Shown here: positions 54,795 to 64,000 of the stretch, in pieces
Layout of the letters: every line of letters begins with the position of its first letter
How positions within the stretch are numbered: the stretch's first letter is position 1
From: Auanema rhodensis
Taxonomy: Eukaryota > Animalia > Nematoda
DNA length: 64,000 bases
Reading direction: 5' to 3'
NCBI GenBank assembly: GCA_964057225.1
Contig: OZ059900.1
Coordinates: forward strand, 10,602,001-10,666,000
Program-made: the position numbers and the translations under genes
The notes under the pieces: generated by a model
Told to the model about the DNA's origin: nothing
Seen by the model: the letters and a program-made list of their open reading frames with translations, nothing else
The model's database searches: none

Positions 54795-56368
54795 GTAAGT
54801 GGGTTTCCCGTGCTACTTCAATAGTGCTTGGTTGATTTTTAATATCTTATCCAAAACAAGTGCAAGACAAAGCGAATATAAAAATGTGGGAGAAATGCGA
54901 TAATAATCAAGTTAATATAATAACGAGAATACGGAGTGATGCAAATCAAATATTTTTATAGAAATCGGTTAACAATTTCGTATAAAATGTTAAAAGATTA
55001 TAGTTAAATAAATATATAAATATAGTTAACGTATATAATTACAAGGTCTTAAATTGAATTATATGAATTTGAAATAAATATATAGTAGTTTTAATAATAC
55101 ACAGTTGTGACAGAAGCAAAATACATATATTTAAAACAAAGAAAAAAGATATATATATATATATGGTAAATCTTATTCTTTTAGATATATTACGTTACGT
55201 ATATATCACCAATACCTTTTATAATACCGTTGAAAAACATTTTCAGTTTCTGATAAAATCAACATGTGGGCCGCTAAAAGAGGTCATGAATTCGTACGCA
55301 TGTGTGTGTATGTATGTATGTCTATAGATGTATGTATACGTATGAAAAGAGGCGATAGAAGGGTGGGGATGGAGAGGGGTTGATTGAACAAAGTGAGATA
55401 GAAAGAATGAGATTGAGAGATGATTGGTCAAAGAAAAAAGAGGGGGGTGCGCAACAGGACAGGACTCGAGATGGTTAGATGACTAGAAAAGGGGAAAAGA
55501 TAATGATGAGCGAGTTGTCCGGTTAAATACATACTTACACAATCCAGTATAAGGCAATGATGGCAAATTGACAGTTTGCTATGTGAAAGGGGCTCAGAGA
55601 AGCAACTTAATTTTGTATGGTTTCCGGTTACTATTCCTCACCGAAAAAGCTTTAAGAACAAATAAAAAACGCATAAAAACTAATATTCAGTTCGAGAATT
55701 AATGTTCCGTTTCTGAAACCAAAGGCAAAGGATATTAAAGCTGGTACTGCTGGTACCAAACCATTTTTGCTGTTTTTCGTTCGATGTCCTCTCACAAGCA
55801 TCCTTCGGAATAGCCTGTTGTCTCTAATACAATTGGATTAATGAGTTCCATTCAATAACATATTCAATAGCATCATAACAATTAAATATAAATTGTTTAG
55901 CTTTAGGATAACGAAGCCAAATATGGCAGAATGCCGAAAAGAATACAAAGTCAATGAATTGGATGAAATGAATGTTACAAAATAGAAGTCGTGATGCTAC
56001 AGCTATTAACTAACTCATGAATAGTGACAGGGGTCAAGTTTTTTTAAAATCAAGACTAAAAGTTGTGACTTACTCATATAAAACAATGTAATCAAAAGGC
56101 TTTGACATGCCGGTTTCGATGGTAAATAATGTACTGAGTGTGAGAGTGGAAACAAACATAAGTTATAAAAAAAATGTTTTAAGTTAATTATTGCTTTGTA
56201 TGAAGCTTCTATTTAAATTAAACTAATATAATATTTTGAGTATGAATTATGTTTAGAAGTGATAAAATTAGTTTAGTTTGTCTATTTTAATGACGAATTT
56301 GGTTTCAAATATAGATGAGGAATTAAAATAGATGCTCAATGAGATTCATGGAATTTTAAAATGATACT

Positions 56369-56387
56369 TACACATACACATACACAT

Positions 56388-56449
<62 letters not shown>
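56369..56449. repeat. (ACACAT)n + (TA)n compound microsatellite
   Basis: Direct reading of the sequence. Confidence 0.92.
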
Positions 56450-56452
<3 letters not shown>

Positions 56453-59400
56453 TTAGTGTATGTATCTACAAATTCTAACTAAAGCAAAGCTTTGTAGCTG
56501 TGCACGATGCTCATATGTGACCAAACGACAAGAAGGATTGACGTTGATTTGATTATTCGCTTAGAGGAGAAGAGAAAAATTATAAAAAAAGGAAAATGAG
56601 AACGAACAAAATTGAGAAGCGCGTGTGAAGACGTGAATATCCCGCAGTCTAGAAGACAATGTTTGAAAAAGACTGTTACTTCGTTAAGTTTTTTAGAGTT
56701 CCATAAGGCATCAATGAGAACAGCAAAGAACATAAAAAGAAGAGAGAGAGAGAAATGTAATTTTTAGTATAGTCAAAGAAAACATTAGCACTACTTCGAA
56801 GAACAAAAATTTTAAAAATTATAAAACATATAATTATTTAAAAATTGCTGCTATCAAGCAAGATGTATCCACGGACATTTTTTATTTCAAATCCTAATAT
56901 ATGAAAATTCATACGTCCAAGATAATAAAATATTAGCCGGATTCGCATACGCTTAGACACACACACACATACATCATCTATACATGTAACTTGAAGTTTG
57001 GACGAGGTGGTAAGATACAATAAAGAATTAGAAACAAAGACAGAGCGAATGAAACAACAAAAAAAGCTTCAGAAATAGCGTAATGAAGAACGAAATCACG
57101 TTGAAAAGAAAGAAAAAGCTAGTGATCAAGGTATACATTGATCCAAAATAAAAGAAAGAAAGAATAAGATTAAGCGAGAGCTTTAAATTGATATTGTCGA
57201 AAAATTGAATATCTTATAAGTTTTTAACCAGAAAATGAACTTGATGTTGCAGGTGATGAACCTGGCTAGAGCGCAAAGAACAATAACTGGACGACGGAAG
57301 AATGAACAAATGAAGTCGATGACGAAGAAAAGGGGGGGGGGTGATTTTCGCAAAATTGAAATTAATTCAGTATATACGATAGATAATAGAATAAAGACAA
57401 TGACAACTGGGCCTTCTTCTCTATGCAAGTGGTGAAAAGATTACAATATGACCAGTTGCATCTTCGGTATGTTGACTATAGAAATTATTATTCATATGAG
57501 AGGACAAGAAAAAGAAAATCTGAAGAAAGAGGATTCTCTCAAAAACATTGAGCTTTAGGGCTTTGACTACTTGTATATAGCAGCAGTTGCTTTGGGCTAT
57601 ACCTTTTATCTTAGAGTAGCATGTACATTTTGAAGATATGTCTAATAGCCAAGCTATACATTTGGACAATAAAACAAGAAATAGTTGATAAAGATTTCTC
57701 AGGTTCTGCTTGCAAATAATTAATTACATAATTTTGAAAAAATGATTGAATTCAGATGATTGTAGTTAGGTGAATAGATAGTGTTCTTAGAGAGCAATGT
57801 AAAAAGACTAACCATCTGTCACTGTATTAGTCTAATCAGCTGCAGGACGGGGGAATATCAAAAGTAGCTAGCGGTCACATTGTAGATCAAAACGCAAAAA
57901 CAAAATAATATTTTTTTCCCATATTTTTTACAAATATTTTTTGAAACTGGTATGCACTTCTTGATTGAATTTTCATAAGTTTTGAAAATTTTGTTAGTTT
58001 TCTTCGTAAATAAAAATCTCGGACAACTACTCGGAAAACTTTAATGATTTTTCAGAATTATTTTGAAGAAAATTCATAAATAACAGCATTTCTTGAAAGA
58101 GGCAGAGATAGGCAGAAACAGCAGAGGAAATGAATTGAAGTGAAATTAACATGTATAATAGAAAACAAGCTGAAGGAAAACAAGCCAAATTCAAAATAAA
58201 TAATATTTTCTTTACTTTGATACAGAAGCATACTCATAATTATCAATATTTAACTATATAGTTAATTAGTATTAATAAAATGAACTGTGATTCACAAAAC
58301 AAAAAAGTATATGGAATAGTAAATTATTCTGATATATAATATTTCATCTCGATATTTCAAACGACATTTCTGCTGTTACACTGACAGTACAGTCGTAGTC
58401 TGTCAATTGATATATGAATATTTCAAGATGATATAAAGAAATATGAAAAAGAAAAATGAGAAAAAAAAGGACAGATTGCAACGACCAGATGTTGTTGAAT
58501 GGTAATTTTGCTCATAACATCTACTATATAATAAAGGTAATCGATATTTAAAATCGTAAAGATTATATTTATAGAAAATTGAAAAAGCTAAATATTGATA
58601 ATAAGATTTGTTGAAATCTGATTTTATTTTCATTTTTATTTTTATTTGTTATGAAAACAATCGATTTTATAATTGTTTCTAAAAATATATGTAAATATAG
58701 GTTCTTGTTTGAAAAAAAAGTAAATTTTATATAATCGTTCCGTACTGATATTATATGAGAGTGAGGCTAAATAAGCACGTAAATTTAGAAATTGAAATAA
58801 AGTCTTATTGGGCATTGCAATATATAGCATTAAGGTCACACAAGCCTCTAATCGATCTGACAGCATACAGGATAGAGAGGGAGAGCAAGGAGATAGAAAC
58901 AAAAGAGGAAAATGGAACGGATTAAGAGCGATGGCTAGGTTATTGCACACCTTTTTTTTAGCACCATGGCCTCTTCCTAATGTATACAGATAAATGCAAA
59001 TTTTGTTGGCAACATATGGCGGAATCGTAAAGACAAGATTGTTATTAAAGAAAGGAGGTCAAACGCCCATACGGCAATAATCTGCTCACCGATGAATAAC
59101 CTCGGAGCAAGCTAGACAGGAAAGGGCAGAGTCAAAGAGGAACGAGGCCAGTAATAACCAAGGAAAATAGGATAAGATTTAAAGAGAATTAGACAGTTAG
59201 ACCGTTAGGCCCATTACAAGTACTCGTAATAGTATACAGATGAGATGGAAAAAGTGTACAAATGTATAGAAAGATAATGTATGACATTACATTAGTTTTG
59301 ACAAAATTTTACATAAGTTTCCTCACTTCCAATTAAATGTTTTGTTCATTTTTTGTATCAACATGACAATCAAAGTGAGTATATATAAGATGTTGGATAT

Positions 59401-61554
59401 AGGTATATAAGTTTTAAAGTTTTGAAAACTTATCAGATTACATATGTGTAATCATAATGTAACAATATAATAAGCATTTTCTCCAATGTATTTGACTTAT
59501 ACATGGTCAAAGGTCACGCTATTAAAGAAAAAAGAAAGCGGTAATTTTTTAAATACATAATATTATGAGAACTTTCAAAATTTTGTTCATCGAATATTAC
59601 CTTACTACTTGAATTTCATCTCTTTTTTTTTGCTCTTTGGCTCAAAAGCTCCTAATCAATATTTATGATACTATATGTACATATAGTATATAAATACAAT
59701 ATTAAACACTTCGACAAGTTTGTTTGTCTAAAGAATCAAAACGCAAAGCAGTATATGATGATAATCTACATTAGGGAGCAAACGTGTCACAAGAAAAGAC
59801 ATGAACAACTATTTCTAATTTTAAGGTTTGAACGCAAAAAATATTAAAATCTTTAAAGAGTGAGATTATAAGTTTCTTCGGTGCTACGAAAAAAATGATA
59901 AATAGTTTGATTTTTGAGAGAATCAATAGATAAAAATGTGCTATAGTACTGTTCTGTCGATGAAATGCAACTGACAAGATCGTTTATGAAAATAGGTAGC
60001 ATGAGATACAAAAAAACTACAAATAAAAACGCTTGAACGGTTAAAAGTGGTTTACAAATGAAGGAGACGGAGTTGACGGAGTTGATGACAAGAAACAAGG
60101 TGGATTTGGAAGTCAGTGAAAAGCGCGCAAGAAAGAGAAAATCCTCAAATTAATACTGAAAAAAGTGTTAAGAAATAAATATTAACTAAAAATACAACAA
60201 GAAAAAACTCGTGCTTGAGGGTGAACAGAGAAAATGAAAAATACAAATAATGAGCAGAAGACACAAAATGAACATCATGTGTCAACAAAATGCAACGGAA
60301 GCGTTCTAAAAAGGTAAAGTGTTCACATAACATGAAATATAGCTGATGACTAACTTATCTCTCACATTTGCAACTTTTCTCGCCTCTCCCCTCTTGCTAA
60401 TGTGCTCATTTGCTATATTTTTTCATTTTACCGTACATATAATGGATAAGAAAAACGAAACTTTCATAGTACTCATCTAGTACAGAACTTAGAGCCTGAA
60501 GATAATCAAATTTATAATTTGTCCATTGTTAACCAAAATAGTATATAATAAAATACTAAAGTATTGTATATGAAAGAAAGTAAAAAGCCAACATTAATTT
60601 TTATAAATGAAAAAATATCGTATTTTATTGGATTAATATGAAAAATTGAATAATAAACGATGAGTATGAGTTGTTGGACGAAAACAATTCACGTTTGAAG
60701 TCGTAACGCTTCAATTCAATAAGCAACAAGGGAGTCACTAGTCATGTTAACAAAATAAATAAGATTTTAATTTAATTTGCTTCATCGTTTACGTTTTTGA
60801 TGATTTTGATACACTATTATGAATTTTTTGTATTATATTGTATAAATGCAAATGTAAGTATGAATGAAAAATATTTAGGATATTATATATATATATAGTA
60901 AGTAATGATGCTGTTATATATGAATCAGCATCATTTACTCATTAGATGAAATATAAGTGATGACGCAGTTACTGAATATTGCCAAGGTTTTGTACTAAAA
61001 AGAAAAGAAGAAATTCCTCTATCAATATGAATTCGCTTGACTATTAGCAGATTTAGCTATGCTTTAGTTGAGCTGAATAATTTGTTCGAAATAATTGATG
61101 AGTATGTGAAGAAACTGAAATCAGAAATGAAGGTCATGAGATTTCAGAAGAGAGGGATAGTTAAAACAAAAAACTAAACTGAAAAAAATGAGAATATGAA
61201 CAAAAGAACTAATTGTATTCGTTTTATAGCAATTCTTCTTCTTATTACCGTTGGTTTTGCAATCATCATGTTTGTGTATTGTTGAAGATTATGGAAACGT
61301 ATGGATTTTCTATCCATCATCATCATCCTCATCTTTCTTCTCGTCGCTTTCTCGATACAAGCTGTTTGTCACAAAATGAATATGGAACATATGCTCTCAT
61401 ATAGCATACATCTATTTCAGCTGGATATAGCTGGCTGGGCCTAACAGAATAGCACAGCCGGTCAACACTATGTTCCTTTCTCTGCCTATTGGTCTCTTAA
61501 TCCATAGTTTTCTGTCTGCCCATTCTCTATTTCTATCTATTTCTCTGTTTCTAT

Positions 61555-61598
61555 TCCCCTCTCTCCCCCCCCCTCTCTCTCTCTCTCTCCCTCTCCCC

Positions 61599-61654
<56 letters not shown>
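61555..61654. repeat. (CT)n polypyrimidine microsatellite
   Basis: Direct reading of the sequence. Confidence 0.92.
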
Positions 61655-61657
<3 letters not shown>

Positions 61658-64000
61658 AGTCAGCCTTATATATCAATGCCAATTCTGAGAACTAATGGCT
61701 ATAGTAGAGGATAGCAAACGAATGCTGAAAGAAGAGAGCATAAGATAAAATTTTTTTTGTTTCAAATTTACTTCAGGGTCGGAGACAATTGCAAATTTGA
61801 AACGATAAAATTAACATACATTTTTGAGAGAGGGACAGTGTCAAGGTCATCATTGTCCTCATGAAACTAACCAAAGCATAAATAAAAATAAATGATTCAG
61901 TAGGAAAGTAATGGTTATGAGTGCGATAAAAGTTAAAAAAAAGTCATTTCAAAACTACTACTATCTTTCACAGCGATACGAAAACATATTGAACTGGTCC
62001 GCTCATTTGAAAGAAATTAGAAAAAACGAAACAATAATTTTGAAAACTAGAAAGGCAAAGTTCAATGTGGAAATCGACAACACGAAGACAACAACGTAGA
62101 ACAACGACTTACTTTGAATTCGAATCAAGCGGCAAAACAGTATTGTGTTAATGACTAGAATAACGAAAAAGTTGATTAAAAATTCAAACTCATTTTAGTG
62201 TGTCTGCATTTGTTTATTATACTAAAATTCTGCTGATCAGAATTTTGAAAAATCATATAGCTTTTTTTAAATTCCACCTTTTCTCCAGATAATTTACATA
62301 TATTTTGCTTTATAACTTTATGATTAAACCATTAAACCGATATTCATATATAAATGGTTAATAGTGGGTTGTAATATCAACAAAAATTTTAATAAAATGA
62401 ATGGTAAGCGGAAAATCTAAGAAGGATTAAAGCATATCAAGATTTAGAGGAATAATTAGATGACAGCATATGGTCATATCATAAAATTGAAAATCAGACA
62501 AGCACATAAGGGGCCAACGATATATCATTAACCTCTTCCTGATTTTATGTGTCTCTCGATCGTTAATTAATGATAATCGATTAATTATGAATCTTTTCAC
62601 CTTAGTTCTGCATTTATTACAGCATGAGCAAACATGAATATAAATAATTTTTTTATAAAATGCGTTTCATCTATGATTTAAGAAAAATACTCAAATCATT
62701 AACAATATAAGTGTTCACAAGCAATTGAGCAATTATTGATACACATAGTATACATATTCATTCTATAAATTTCCACCTTGTAATTTGAGGGTCTTAATAG
62801 TTTCACTGAATGTGCAGCGGAGTTTTCTGTTGCAAACTTTTCATGCAGAAATTGTAGTAGAAATTACATCAAGAATAGCATATGAACGTATTGAATTGGA
62901 CATAAATTAAAGGAAAGGGATTCAAAGCTAATAGCTGTAAATATAATATTACATAGTAAATATTCTTCTGTTTACGTATTTAAATCTTGAAGTAATTGAG
63001 ATATATTTAGTTTTAACTGTTTCCTTTGTGTGAATTCCAATTCCTCATGCACAATTGGATGAGTGAAATCAGTGAGGGAACCTTTGAATAGAAAATATTC
63101 AGCTTTTCTGATACACAAAACGTCAATAAATAGCTTATTTGTGCTTTTTCATGTTATTACATTCACCTTTGTTTCTTATTTCATTTTTTAATTAATTGTA
63201 TCGAGTATATTATGAAAAAAAAGAAAATTTGACTATATGTTTCTATATTCATAAAATCAATAAAAACTGTAAGAGGGAAATAAAGATAGTTCAGAGGATA
63301 AGATAGTTTAAATGAGACAAACATAGGGAATTAGAGAAGAGTGAGGGTAGGATGAAGTAGATAGTTATGAATGGGAGAGATGAGAAATGGTATTGCAATA
63401 ACCTTGAGAATATTCAATTCATTTTCTTGTTTCTTCATATCTCATCTAAGATGTGTATCGCTTGTAATGTACTTTTCTCAAGAAAGTGAACTTGAAGGTT
63501 GAATACACAACTATGTATAGCAATTAATCCTAAAATTGGTATTGTCTGACAATATTTCTGTTACAATCTAGTAGAACTTCAAAATTAAGCTCATATTTTT
63601 CTTATTATGCATTGTATATGATCGCTTTTCTTTCGTTTATAAAGAAAAACAATATGCTAGAATTGCATCAAACTCTGATTTTTAGATTTTATAAATAGCT
63701 TTAGAATGAAAAAGCTTCAACTTCAATTTTCTTCTTAATCCTTTCACGACTATATGTATATTCATTTTCAGTTTAATTATTCTATCAATTGTCTTCGATT
63801 CGTTCTAATTAAACAAGGATGAAAGAAAACAACAGAATAAGAACAAGAGAGAAAGAGAAAGAGACAGAGAGGAAGAAACTTACAATGAACAAGCTATCTC
63901 GTTAATAACATTGAAATTTTAATTATAAATAATCATATTAACTGCCAGTCATACTGTAGCGATGACAACTAGAAAAAAGACTAAAGTTTATTCAAATGAA

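Noticed and set aside
57332-57341. G10 homopolymer
   Set aside because: Too short for a stable intramolecular quadruplex and has no supporting context.
1-64000. CRISPR arrays, prokaryotic operons, transposases, tRNA/rRNA/SL RNA genes
   Set aside because: I saw no repeat-spacer arrays, transposase or RT ORFs, terminal inverted repeats or RNA-gene signatures by eye. Degenerate elements could be missed without RepeatModeler or Infernal.

Overview
AT-rich eukaryotic DNA with short GT-AG introns (down to 43 nt), TTTCAG/TTTTAG-type acceptors and many microsatellites, consistent with a nematode genome. The ORF track is mostly noise because the real genes are spliced. By hand I reconstructed four complete multi-exon genes with consistent intron phases: a sex-peptide/MIP receptor-related GPCR (sprr-2-like, + strand, 11624-14153), an octopamine receptor (ser-3-like, - strand, 21549-15703), an unassigned, His-rich class A GPCR with degenerate motifs (+ strand, 39784-42901), and the LIM-domain-binding cofactor ldb-1 (- strand, 50025-47089, with an alternative last exon at 46332-46322). 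They form two convergent pairs separated by an 18 kb divergent intergenic region. The most interesting leads are the atypical orphan GPCR (HRY in place of DRY, no Cys in ECL2, His clusters on the outer face), the alternative 5' and 3' architecture of ldb-1, a possible uORF-skipping acceptor choice in the sprr-2 leader, and an unannotated candidate first exon with a structured leader diverging from ldb-1. I saw no CRISPR array, tRNA, rRNA, convincing miRNA or transposon. Gene names come from recalled C. elegans protein sequences and need BLAST confirmation.
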